Part shown: positions 1-8,678 of the stretch, in pieces
Numbering within the stretch: the stretch's first letter is position 1
How the letters are laid out: every line of letters starts with the position of its first letter
From: Promethearchaeota archaeon
GTDB taxonomy: Archaea; Asgardarchaeota; Lokiarchaeia; Sigyniarchaeales; SOKP01
Direction of reading: 5' to 3'
Assembly: GCA_019058365.1 (NCBI GenBank)
Contig: JAHPZE010000036.1
Coordinates: 1 to 35,767, forward strand
DNA: 35,767 bases
The notes under the pieces: model-generated
The model's input: the letters and a program-made list of their open reading frames with translations, nothing else
Told to the model about the DNA's origin: nothing
Databases searched by the model: none
Made by a program: the position numbers and the translations under genes

Positions 1-133
1 TCAAAACCCACAAGCTATAAATATTTTTGTCGATGAAGGGAAATTAAAAATTATCCTAAAAATCAAAATTTAATAATACTTACACTATTATTTTATAAAA
101 TTTAATAAAACTTTATTTAAAGGAGAAATTAAC

Positions 134-880
134 ATGAGTTTAACCGATACAAAATCATCTTTAAAGAAGATTATCTCTATTATTGAAGAAATTAATGGAT
201 TAAATTCAAATTCTATTCCTAAATTACAAACTCAACCAGCTACTCTCCTGGAACAGATTGGAAATCTTGAACAAGCTAAAACCAATAATTTAAGAACTAT
301 TGAATCCAATGATGATGAAATTAATTCTTTGAAAAATAAGATTTCTCAGAATCAACGGGATATTGCCTCATTAGAAGAAAGTAATGTTGAGCTTAATAAT
401 CAACGACAAGCTTTTCTGGACAAAATTAAGGAGGCACAAAATGAATTAAATGATACACAAACAAAAATTACTGCACGAAGGGAAGAATTAGCTACTCGGA
501 GTAGTCGATTAGATGAATTAGAAAATAGACTTATAGAATTAAAAGATATTCAAGAGAAATTCGATAATAAAATGAAAGAACTTGAAACTCAACTTCAAGA
601 AGAATATAATAAAAAAGAGAAGTTTAGCAATTCATATGCTATGCGAACAGCTGCGATGAAATCTTTAATCAAAGCAGGTTATATACAATCTGCTCAATTA
701 AAACTTATCCAAGCATTACAGCCTAATACGACTCTTGATCTAAATGCTATTGTCCAAGCTATGGGTTTAAAGCTAGATGTAGCTAAAAATATATTAACAA
801 AAATGGTTCAAAAAAATGGACCAATCGAGTATGATACAGGAAGTGGAACTGTAACATTAAAAGGGGAGGTTGATTTCTAA
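134..880 (+). CDS. Long coiled-coil protein with C-terminal winged-helix domain
   Basis: About 180 aa of E/K/Q/L-rich heptad sequence, then a wHTH-like tail (QLKLIQAL..LDLNAIVQAMGLKLDVAKNILTKMVQKNGPIEYD..SGTVTL). SD-like AAGGAG upstream of ATG. Confidence 0.75.
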   Translation: MSLTDTKSSLKKIISIIEEINGLNSNSIPKLQTQPATLLEQIGNLEQAKTNNLRTIESNDDEINSLKNKISQNQRDIASLEESNVELNNQRQAFLDKIKEAQNELNDTQTKITARREELATRSSRLDELENRLIELKDIQEKFDNKMKELETQLQEEYNKKEKFSNSYAMRTAAMKSLIKAGYIQSAQLKLIQALQPNTTLDLNAIVQAMGLKLDVAKNILTKMVQKNGPIEYDTGSGTVTLKGEVDF

Positions 881-1608
881 TGGGTTCACAAGAAATTTTA
901 GCATTAATTGAACAGTTTGAGACCGTTTATGATACTTACTGGCAAGTACTTCAAAAACATAACGAAGAGGTTCTTTCTCAGTTAAGAGAAGCTTGGCGTT
1001 TTATGCAAGCAGAACAAAAAGAAGAAGAAAGTATCAAAGAAAAATTATCTACTCAAAATTCAGAACTAACAGAATTAAGAACAAAGTCAGAAGAATTAGA
1101 TAGAACTATGGAAGGATTAAAAACTAAAAAAGATGAATTAAATTCGAAGATTTCTGAATTAACAAATAATTTAGAAACCAACGTCAATGATTTAAAGAAA
1201 CCGGCCTTTGAACTTACACAGCTTGAGGAAAAGCTTGCATCTATTAATGAGAAGATTACTGCGAAAGAGCAAGAGAAGACTGCGCTTGATCAAAAGACAG
1301 TTGAGAATGAAAATCGAGAGGTAGAATTAAAAAATACTTACCAGAAAAAGATGGATGAAATTGAATCCAAAATTAATCAAATGAGACAGCAAAATTTCTT
1401 TACATCATTTTTAATCGAGGAAGGCGAAGAAGAAGTGCATGAGGTCTCAATTTTAACAGCAATTATGGAGAAAGGAGAAGCCAAATTAGATGATCTAAAA
1501 AAACTTCTTGATGTCCCTCCAATTATGGCAGTTAGAACCATTAAACAGCTTGCGGTTAAAGGAATTCTTAACCTCGATGAAAATAGTGGAAAAGTAACTT
1601 TACCTTAA
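880..1608 (+). CDS. Coiled-coil protein with C-terminal winged-helix domain; same architecture as upstream gene
   Basis: TAATG stop/start overlap and GGAGG SD inside upstream gene. Heptad rod, then EVSILTAIMEKGEAKLDDLKKLLDVPPIMAVRTIKQLAVKGILNLDENSGKVTL (wHTH). Confidence 0.75.
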   Translation: MGSQEILALIEQFETVYDTYWQVLQKHNEEVLSQLREAWRFMQAEQKEEESIKEKLSTQNSELTELRTKSEELDRTMEGLKTKKDELNSKISELTNNLETNVNDLKKPAFELTQLEEKLASINEKITAKEQEKTALDQKTVENENREVELKNTYQKKMDEIESKINQMRQQNFFTSFLIEEGEEEVHEVSILTAIMEKGEAKLDDLKKLLDVPPIMAVRTIKQLAVKGILNLDENSGKVTLP

Positions 1609-1610
1609 AC

Positions 1611-1640
1611 TGTTTTTTTATTATTTTTTCTATTTTAATA
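1611..1640 (+). terminator. Oligo-T archaeal terminator candidate
   Basis: TGTTTTTTTATTATTTTTTC immediately after the stop codon, between convergent genes. Confidence 0.45.
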
Positions 1641-1676
1641 TTAAAATTGGATTCCTTTTTTCAACAATTGAAATAA

Positions 1677-2576
1677 TTAATCCTTAATTCTTGCATAAAC
1701 TATGCAATGTGTTCCATTTACTTTCCCCACGATATTGCCGTTTTTGTCCTGAAAATACTTTTCTTCTAACTTTTGGGAATCCATATGCTCAATTAATTCT
1801 AAACCTCGTTGTTGAAGAAAATTATTAATGTCTCCCTCAGCTATTCCAAAGGTCCAGCCTTCACCAGACTTTTTGACTCTTTGATATATTTGTTGTTCTC
1901 CATAATACAAATTCTCTTCTTCAAGAACAGATTGATATATATAATCAAAAACAACTTCACTTCCCATACCAGCACTTTCGGTGATAAACTTAAAATCCTC
2001 TTCGATTGCAGAATCATTCAAATACATAGTAATTCCTTCGAGTATATAGAGTGTTTTTTTATCATATTGGAAACCAGCTGTTTTAAGTTTGTTCTCGATC
2101 TTCTCGGTATTAAAATCTATTTCAACAAATATAATCTTTCCAGGATCTATTTTTCGCTTTTTGTATTGTTTTAATTTGTCAGATATAGTGGTTTTTACAT
2201 CTAATTCAAAAATACGTGTCTTTTCATTTTCATCAATAAGACGAATACCACGAGAATCAAAACCCGCTCCAAAAAGAAGGATCTGGTTAAAATTATTTGA
2301 AATTGCGTTTACGAAAATTCCATCAATTATTTTCGTCCGAGCAATAACATATTCATAAATTCCCTGTGGGGCTACTTTCTTAAGAAGAAGAGATCTCATC
2401 CGTTTAGATTTGATTAAAAGGTGAATAAATTTGGGTAATAACTTGAGAGCTATATAATCATTACTCTTATAATTTGGTGATTTCTCATAAAATGAAGATG
2501 CTCTGGAAACACAAGTCATAGCGGCTGTTCTAGACGACTTTTTCTCGATCCGTCGTTTAACTTTTCTTGAATTCAT
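1677..2576 (-). CDS. SAM-dependent methyltransferase, leucine carboxyl methyltransferase (LCM)-like family
   Basis: Motifs SRTA, ARTKIID, QILLFGAGFDSR, FELD, ILEGITMYL, FDY. Confidence 0.88.
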   Translation of the reverse strand: MNSRKVKRRIEKKSSRTAAMTCVSRASSFYEKSPNYKSNDYIALKLLPKFIHLLIKSKRMRSLLLKKVAPQGIYEYVIARTKIIDGIFVNAISNNFNQILLFGAGFDSRGIRLIDENEKTRIFELDVKTTISDKLKQYKKRKIDPGKIIFVEIDFNTEKIENKLKTAGFQYDKKTLYILEGITMYLNDSAIEEDFKFITESAGMGSEVVFDYIYQSVLEEENLYYGEQQIYQRVKKSGEGWTFGIAEGDINNFLQQRGLELIEHMDSQKLEEKYFQDKNGNIVGKVNGTHCIVYARIKD

Positions 2577-2847
2577 AAGATCTAATATAATGAAGGAATT
2601 TTTATCTTTTAAATTAAATCGATTAAATAATGATAAAGTCAGTGAAATGAATTTAACAATTTAGTTTTTAGACTTGAATTGTATAGTTTTTTATAATATC
2701 ATAGTCTTATTCACAGAAAGTGTTCTATTCATTATAGGTTTAGAGTATAGTGTTCAACTTAGATAATAATCATAAAATCTTTTTTTTAATTTTTCAGGAA
2801 CATAAGAACCTAAACTCCTTCAAAAAAAAAACAAAATTCTGTCTATA

Positions 2848-2938
2848 TGACCATTGGTCACATAATGACCAAAAGTTTAAATATGATCATAATTTCAAAA
2901 TAATTAATGACCCTTGGTCAATTAATGAACATAAGTCA
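2848..2938 (+). promoter_or_regulatory. TetR operator array (TGACC-N3-GGTCA) around a BRE/TATA promoter
   Basis: Perfect palindromes at 2848-2860 and 2908-2920, degenerate copies at 2866, 2884 and 2926. TTTAAATA TATA at 2876-2883 preceded by AAAAG. Confidence 0.75.
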
Positions 2939-2961
2939 AAAGATTAAAATAAGATAAAATT

Positions 2962-3648
2962 ATGAACCCATCAAAACAAGAAAAAAGAAGTCCAGCAAAA
3001 AATAGAAGGGAACGAGAAAAAAAACAACGACGTTCAGCTATTATTGAGGCGGCAGAAAGATTATTTCTTTCTCAAGGATTTGAAACTACTACTATGGAAC
3101 AAATAGCTAATGAAGCTGAATATAGTAAAGGGACGCTATACAATTATTACAATTCAAAAGAGGAATTGTATATTGCAATTGGTAGTAAGGCTTATAATCT
3201 GATAATAGATTACACTAAAGAATTCACTGAAAAAGAAGTTCCTGGAATAAAGCAACTTATGGCTGTGGGATATGCTTTCTATGATTTTACGAAAAAATAT
3301 CCAAATTATGCCTCACTCTTTCATAATATCGCAATAAATCTGCCAGATATGGCATCAAAACCTAAAAAAGAACTTTCAGATATAGAAAAAGAATATCTTA
3401 ACTTAAGTAATACTTATAGGGACATTTTTGTAGAAATCTTAAATGATGCAGTAAAACATAATGCCATTAGGTCAGATAAAAATCCATTTATGATTGGTTA
3501 TATACTTTCAACTCTTACAAGAAGATTGGTTGAGGATCTTTTACAATCTAAAGATATTGTAAAAAGAATATTTAATTTAAATCCTGATGAGGTTATAGAT
3601 TTTGCTTTTGAAATTATTGGTGAAGGATTAAAACCAAGGGAACTATAA
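2962..3648 (+). CDS. TetR/AcrR family transcriptional regulator
   Basis: IIEAAERLFLSQGFETTTMEQIANEAEYSKGTLYNYYNSKEEL is a canonical TetR HTH. Confidence 0.95.
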   Translation: MNPSKQEKRSPAKNRREREKKQRRSAIIEAAERLFLSQGFETTTMEQIANEAEYSKGTLYNYYNSKEELYIAIGSKAYNLIIDYTKEFTEKEVPGIKQLMAVGYAFYDFTKKYPNYASLFHNIAINLPDMASKPKKELSDIEKEYLNLSNTYRDIFVEILNDAVKHNAIRSDKNPFMIGYILSTLTRRLVEDLLQSKDIVKRIFNLNPDEVIDFAFEIIGEGLKPREL

Positions 3649-3669
3649 AAATAAGGAGGATTATAAGAA

Positions 3670-4164
3670 ATGTCTAAGATGTTAGTTGTATATTACTCTC
3701 TCACAGGAAATACAAAATTTATTGCAGAAGCAATAGCAGAAGCAATAAATGCTGATATTCTCGAGTTAAAACCTGTGAAAGAACTTGATGCTGAAAGTGG
3801 GATGAAATATTTTTGGGGTGGATTTCAAGCTACAATGAAAAAGAAACCCAAATTAAAAGAGTTTGAAATAAACCCCCTCGATTATGATTTAATTTTTTTA
3901 GGAACTCCTGTATGGGCATGGACATTCTCCCCCCCAATTCGTTCTTTCTTAAAGAAATATAATCTTTCAGGTAAGAATATAGCTCTTTGGGTATGTGCTG
4001 GAGGAGATGGTATAAAATCAATGAACCGATTTAAGGAGGCTCTAAAGGATACAAATATCAATGGCGAAATTCGTTTTAAAGAACCAAAACAGAATGCACC
4101 AGAAAATGCTAAAGAAAAAGCAATAGCTTGGGCTAAAGATATTATTCAAAAGATAAAGAATTAA
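3670..4164 (+). CDS. Flavodoxin
   Basis: YYSLTGNT FMN phosphate loop, LGTPVW motif, strong AGGAGG SD. Confidence 0.92.
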   Translation: MSKMLVVYYSLTGNTKFIAEAIAEAINADILELKPVKELDAESGMKYFWGGFQATMKKKPKLKEFEINPLDYDLIFLGTPVWAWTFSPPIRSFLKKYNLSGKNIALWVCAGGDGIKSMNRFKEALKDTNINGEIRFKEPKQNAPENAKEKAIAWAKDIIQKIKN

Positions 4165-4179
4165 GGTATGTGATATAAA

Positions 4180-4956
4180 ATGGGACAATATGTAAAATTA
4201 TTCAAGTTCAGAAAGCTCTTAATGTTTTTATGGGTTATTTTATTGCCCATAACCTTCAATTGGATGTCCCCTGTTCTTATTATTATGGGAGGTTTTGAAG
4301 GATATATTAGCATGAGTTTTGTTATTTTCGCCGTATGGTTTATTTCATCACTATTTTTCGGTAGAACTTTTTGTGCTTATAGTTGTCAATGGGGTGCTGC
4401 TCAAGAGGTTCTTGGTGATTGCATTCCCAAGCAATTAGATCCTGCAAAGAAACAGAAGAGAAGAAAAATCAAATATATTATATTTATCATCTGGATAGTA
4501 TTAGTGGCGTTAGGACCAATAATAAATTTAGGGTACCAATACGGATTCAATCCATTTTATCCAACTCCAGAAGATCCTACGGGAATTATCTCATGGAATG
4601 AGTTTGCGATTGGACTGATGATTTTCTATTTTGGAATAATCGGATCAGTAGTGATTCTATTTACAATCGTAGGAGGAAAGAGATCTTTTTGTAATTATGC
4701 ATGTCCAATGGGAGTTTTAGGAATTCTTGGAACAAAAGTAAAGAATGCCCTCAAATATCCATCATTACATTTGGAAGTTGATATTGAAAAATGTACAAAC
4801 TGTAAACAATGTTCAAAAGCGTGTGAAATGGGGCTTGATGTGAATGAATTGGTTCAATCAGGAAATATGTATGATCCTGATTGCATTCTTTGTGGTAGTT
4901 GTGTTTCTACTTGTCGACAGGATGTTATAAGCTATGCTTGGAAATGGAGTAAGTGA
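4180..4956 (+). CDS. Membrane 4Fe-4S binding protein (NapH/MauN-like)
   Basis: TM helices, GRTFCAYSCQWG and RSFCNYACPMG motifs, and two C-terminal CxxCxxCxxxC motifs. Confidence 0.88.
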   Translation: MGQYVKLFKFRKLLMFLWVILLPITFNWMSPVLIIMGGFEGYISMSFVIFAVWFISSLFFGRTFCAYSCQWGAAQEVLGDCIPKQLDPAKKQKRRKIKYIIFIIWIVLVALGPIINLGYQYGFNPFYPTPEDPTGIISWNEFAIGLMIFYFGIIGSVVILFTIVGGKRSFCNYACPMGVLGILGTKVKNALKYPSLHLEVDIEKCTNCKQCSKACEMGLDVNELVQSGNMYDPDCILCGSCVSTCRQDVISYAWKWSK

Positions 4957-5037
4957 TATATCTCTTAAATACAATCTTTAAAACTAAAAAGACTTATAAA
5001 TTTTTTTTAAAAATTAAATAAAGAAAAAGGTGGATAA

Positions 5038-5832
5038 ATGATAAAGATAATAAAAAAGTATCCTTTAACAAGTTATTTTGTAATTGCTTGGATATCGACA
5101 TGGTTATTAGTAATGCCATTAGTCTTAACTGGTTTAGGAATTCTACATGTGAATATAATTTGGCATTTTCTAGGTCCATTAGGTCCAACAATTTCTGCAA
5201 TTATAGTAATATACGTGTCATCAAAAAGAGAAGGACTTAAAAAGTTAAAAGACTCAATTATCAAATGGAGAATCGGTGTTTTTTGGATTCTTTTTTCTGC
5301 TCTAATTATGCCAGCTTTCTTAATCTTAACAATTTTAATAAACTTGGCTTTTACAGGGAATTTTATTGATTTAGGTGGTTATCTTATCAATGAAGGAATT
5401 ACTAACTTTATTTCATTTTTAATTTGGATATGGGTTGGAGCTATTTCTTATGGCATATTCGAAGAGATCGGGTGGAGAGGATATGCTTTACCCAAGTTGC
5501 AAGAAAAATATAGTCCATTAACATCAACTATTATATTAGCCGTTGGTTGGGGTTTTTGGCATACACCAATGTTTTTTTACCGATTTAGTATAGATATACT
5601 ATTCGGATGGCTTTATGGACTCTTTCTTGGAGCAATAATTTTAACATTTATTTATAATAGTTCTGGAGGAAGCACGTTTGCAGCAATACTTTTCCATATC
5701 TCGAATAATATTTGTTGGCTATTCAATATAGCTGAAATTCAGATGTTTTTAACAATAATGATTACTTTACTTGTTTTTATAATTTTAATTATTTGGAAAA
5801 AGAGATTATCTACAAAAAAATTTTCAAATTGA
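5038..5832 (+). CDS. CPBP (CAAX prenyl protease 2/Abi) family intramembrane metalloprotease
   Basis: EEIGWRGY, WGFWH and AILFHISNN motifs in a polytopic protein. Confidence 0.92.
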   Translation: MIKIIKKYPLTSYFVIAWISTWLLVMPLVLTGLGILHVNIIWHFLGPLGPTISAIIVIYVSSKREGLKKLKDSIIKWRIGVFWILFSALIMPAFLILTILINLAFTGNFIDLGGYLINEGITNFISFLIWIWVGAISYGIFEEIGWRGYALPKLQEKYSPLTSTIILAVGWGFWHTPMFFYRFSIDILFGWLYGLFLGAIILTFIYNSSGGSTFAAILFHISNNICWLFNIAEIQMFLTIMITLLVFIILIIWKKRLSTKKFSN

Positions 5833-5904
5833 AATCTTAATTGATAATTTTTTTTAAACTCATTTTTAAACTAAATAATATTAACAAAAGGATTTCGAAA
5901 TTTA

Positions 5905-5948
5905 AAAAAGAATTTAAATTATCGTTATTTCCTATCAAACATAACGTT
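5905..5948 (+). promoter_or_regulatory. BRE/TATA promoter followed directly by a ModE-type palindrome
   Basis: TTTAAATT at 5913-5920, then ATCGTTAT-TTCCTATCAAAC-ATAACGTT (CGTTAT-N12-ATAACG, 5923-5946), matching the CGnTAT-N12-ATAnCG frame of ModE boxes. Confidence 0.6.
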
Positions 5949-5975
5949 ATAAAAATTAAAAAAAAACTGAATAAA

Positions 5976-7157
5976 ATGAATAAAAAAGATATTATAATTG
6001 GAGTGTTACTTATAGGAATAGTTGGTGTATCTTGTGGATTAGGTTTTGTTCTAGTTTCTTGGACACCAAAAGAGACACAACAAACCCCTACTTACCTTTC
6101 AGGATTACCTGATAACTGGGATACAGCTCCTAATTCTACATATATCATTTTAAACAATCAAACACAGAGTAATATTAAAATATATTTTAAAGATATATTA
6201 GAGAAGATACAAACTTTTCAAAATACTCAAAAGGGTGCTTATGATACAGGCATAGAATTGAAAACTATAATTGACCCTGAGACTGATATCCCAATAACAG
6301 GTATTAGCATAACAGATTTATTCGATCAATATCACACCTTTTTTCCTGGAGCTATTAATTTTGTATCTAAACAAGATGATTTTGGTCAAACTAATGTTTT
6401 TAGTACGAGTGCTGCTGATATATTAGAAAAAATAGAAGATGGAGAAGAAGATTTAATTATTGCTATAGCCGCAAATAAGCAATGGTTAGCGGAATCTCCA
6501 TTAGGAGCTAAATATGGCAATTTTACATTAATTGGAGAGTCTATGGATGCAAAAATATATAATCTGGAACAAATTAACGTTCTTAGCAATTGGACTTTAG
6601 ATGTATATGTAGATGGTCTATTAAAACTTTCTTTACAACCTGATAATATTACAGATGCTTCTTATCAATATGATTATATTTATTCATATGATAGAAGTGA
6701 TGACTGGAATCTTAATAGACATTACTGGGGAATTAACATCTCAATGATTTGTGATTGGGTTAGTCTTAATGATTCTGTTGATTTTGAGTTAAAAGCATTA
6801 GCTGCTGATAATTGGGCTGCTCCTCATGGGAAACCGTCTAAACGTGGTTTAACTGAAACTGAGGTATATCATGGATTAGAATTTAATTCAACTTATTGGG
6901 ATTATATTAATGAAACAGAAGCTAATCCTGATGGAGTTCCATTGCCTGATGATTATGATGGGTTACCTATTCTTTTAGCATATGAAATTCAAGCCTTGGG
7001 GGAGTATGATTTAATATCAGGTGATACTAATCCGGCATGGTCTTCAAGTAAAATTTGTGGTTTTGCTCATGGACCTTATGTAGTAATAATACCTGGTAGA
7101 ACAAGATCTAATCAAATAAGAATGATAAATGCAATCGATATCATAACTAATCCATAA
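5976..7157 (+). CDS. Membrane-anchored extracellular protein with two degenerate sulfite-oxidase (Oxidored_molyb)-like domains
   Basis: Probable start ATG 5976 (MNKKDIIIG, N-terminal TM); the ORF-track extension to 5841 overlaps the promoter. Fold landmarks occur twice: TGISITDL..IIAIAANKQWL..GNFTLI and WGINIS..ALAADNW..ILLAYE..GPYVVIIPG..IRMINAIDI. No Cys at the Mo-ligand position. Confidence 0.6.
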   Translation: MNKKDIIIGVLLIGIVGVSCGLGFVLVSWTPKETQQTPTYLSGLPDNWDTAPNSTYIILNNQTQSNIKIYFKDILEKIQTFQNTQKGAYDTGIELKTIIDPETDIPITGISITDLFDQYHTFFPGAINFVSKQDDFGQTNVFSTSAADILEKIEDGEEDLIIAIAANKQWLAESPLGAKYGNFTLIGESMDAKIYNLEQINVLSNWTLDVYVDGLLKLSLQPDNITDASYQYDYIYSYDRSDDWNLNRHYWGINISMICDWVSLNDSVDFELKALAADNWAAPHGKPSKRGLTETEVYHGLEFNSTYWDYINETEANPDGVPLPDDYDGLPILLAYEIQALGEYDLISGDTNPAWSSSKICGFAHGPYVVIIPGRTRSNQIRMINAIDIITNP

Positions 7158-7227
7158 ATATTCAAATTATATTTTTTTTTATTTTTGATTAGAAATTTTA
7201 AAATTTAATACTAAATTCAAGATTAAT

Positions 7228-8124
7228 ATGTTTTTAATGAAACGAATAAACATCTCATCGATATTAATCGTAATTTTAACCTTTTTAGCACCATTCATAT
7301 TTATAAGCAATACTATAGCGTATCCTGGTGAGGGTGATTGTGCGGGATATCATGGGATAACATATATTGACATTCCTGTTGATAATGATGCATTGATAAT
7401 ACTAGATGGTGACCCTTCTGAAAATTTTTGGACAGAAAATGGTAATCAAAAAGGAAAAGTTGAAATTAAATTAGCTGAGATTAAAGTAGGAGAGGAAATT
7501 CCTGAAATTTATACATTAAATGCAACATTCATTATGAACTCTGAATATTTATATATTTTGTGTCAGTGGATAGATAATACACCACTTTATGATTATCCTC
7601 CAGAGAAAGATGGAATTGCATTCTGTTGGAATATTAATGCTCCGAATTTTTCAGCCTATTATGTTGCAGATATGAACACAATTCATATGGGAGGTGGACG
7701 TGTAGATGCGTGGAGATGGGTTTATTCAAATTTTGTCTCTTCTGGAGAAGAACACTTATGTGGAGATGACTGTTTTGATGAAAATGGATGGGTTGATGGA
7801 AATCCTGAAGCAAACAGTATAAATGTTGCTTATACCAATACAGGAAATTTATATAATTTAGAAATGAAAAGAAAATTAATTACAAATGAATATTATGATG
7901 TTCAATTCGATGAAGCAAAAATCTACAAGTTTAATATTGCTATTTTAAATGATAGTTATGGAGTAGATCATGCTATATCATGGACTTATGCTCTTGACCT
8001 TAGAGAACCATCTAACATAATTCCCTTTTTCCAACTGAACTTTATAATAATATTATTATTAATAGCGATAATTTTAACTAAAATCAATTTTAAAAAGGTC
8101 TTTAATAATATTGATAAAAACTAG
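7228..8124 (+). CDS. Secreted, C-terminally anchored DOMON/ethylbenzene-dehydrogenase-gamma-like heme-binding protein
   Basis: Signal peptide, LDGDPSENFW, YLYILCQWID, DGIAFCW, HMGGGRVDAWRW, LEMKRKL..YDVQF and DHAIS (candidate Met/His ligands). C-terminal IPFF + TM + basic tail. Confidence 0.6.
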   Translation: MFLMKRINISSILIVILTFLAPFIFISNTIAYPGEGDCAGYHGITYIDIPVDNDALIILDGDPSENFWTENGNQKGKVEIKLAEIKVGEEIPEIYTLNATFIMNSEYLYILCQWIDNTPLYDYPPEKDGIAFCWNINAPNFSAYYVADMNTIHMGGGRVDAWRWVYSNFVSSGEEHLCGDDCFDENGWVDGNPEANSINVAYTNTGNLYNLEMKRKLITNEYYDVQFDEAKIYKFNIAILNDSYGVDHAISWTYALDLREPSNIIPFFQLNFIIILLLIAIILTKINFKKVFNNIDKN

Positions 8125-8665
8125 GAATTTTTATATTCTAGTCGTCTCAATTCTAATAGGTTTAACCACGGTTTGGCTGTCAATATTAGCCATAATTGAA
8201 TTAGATATTGAACCATTTCAAGACCCTAATAAGATAGAAATAAAAGGAAATGGTGTAAATAGAGAAATAATATTATCATTAAATGACTTAAAATCTGAAC
8301 AATACCTTCAAGTCGAAGATAGAGTTTATCATATTATGAATAGTTTTGAAACTGAATATGATGTTATATATTCAGGAGTATCTTTATGGAGTATATTAGA
8401 AATAGAAGGCATACTAAATGATAATCCAATAACATTAACTTTCCAATTTTTTGCTCGTGATGGTTATCGTTCTCCAAAACCACTTAATTTGTCTATTGCT
8501 CAATTTAATCCTGAATTAGTTATTTTAGCTTATGCAAAAGATGGAAATCAGTTATTTGATGAAGGACCATTGAGATCAGTTATTGACCAATCTATTATAC
8601 CTTCTGGTGAATATAGTTCTCAATACTCTGTTCAAATGTTAAAAGAGATTATTATAAACGAATAA
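8111..8665 (+). CDS. Membrane-anchored, Cys-less molybdopterin-oxidoreductase-fold protein
   Basis: TTG start and N-terminal TM. IEIKG..LSLNDL, YSGVSLWSIL, FFARDGY, ILAYAKDGNQL, GPLRSV and VQMLKEI parallel the catalytic domain at 12206. The protein has no Cys. Confidence 0.75.
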   Translation: MIKTRNFYILVVSILIGLTTVWLSILAIIELDIEPFQDPNKIEIKGNGVNREIILSLNDLKSEQYLQVEDRVYHIMNSFETEYDVIYSGVSLWSILEIEGILNDNPITLTFQFFARDGYRSPKPLNLSIAQFNPELVILAYAKDGNQLFDEGPLRSVIDQSIIPSGEYSSQYSVQMLKEIIINE

Positions 8666-8678
8666 TAGGTTCGTATCA

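Noticed and set aside
134-1608. SMC/Rad50 or ESCRT-III/CdvB assignment
   Set aside because: No Walker motifs, hinge or zinc hook, and no recognisable Snf7 core pattern; only generic coiled-coil similarity.
2848-2938. Mini CRISPR array
   Set aside because: Units are 13 bp with 5-11 bp gaps, far too short, and there are no cas genes.
2750-2947. 65-aa ORF with internal repeats
   Set aside because: It is a translation of the operator/promoter array and poly-A/T tracts.
5841-5975. N-terminal extension of the 438-aa ORF
   Set aside because: Low-complexity K/I/F sequence overlapping the TATA box and palindrome; ATG 5976 gives a clean signal anchor.
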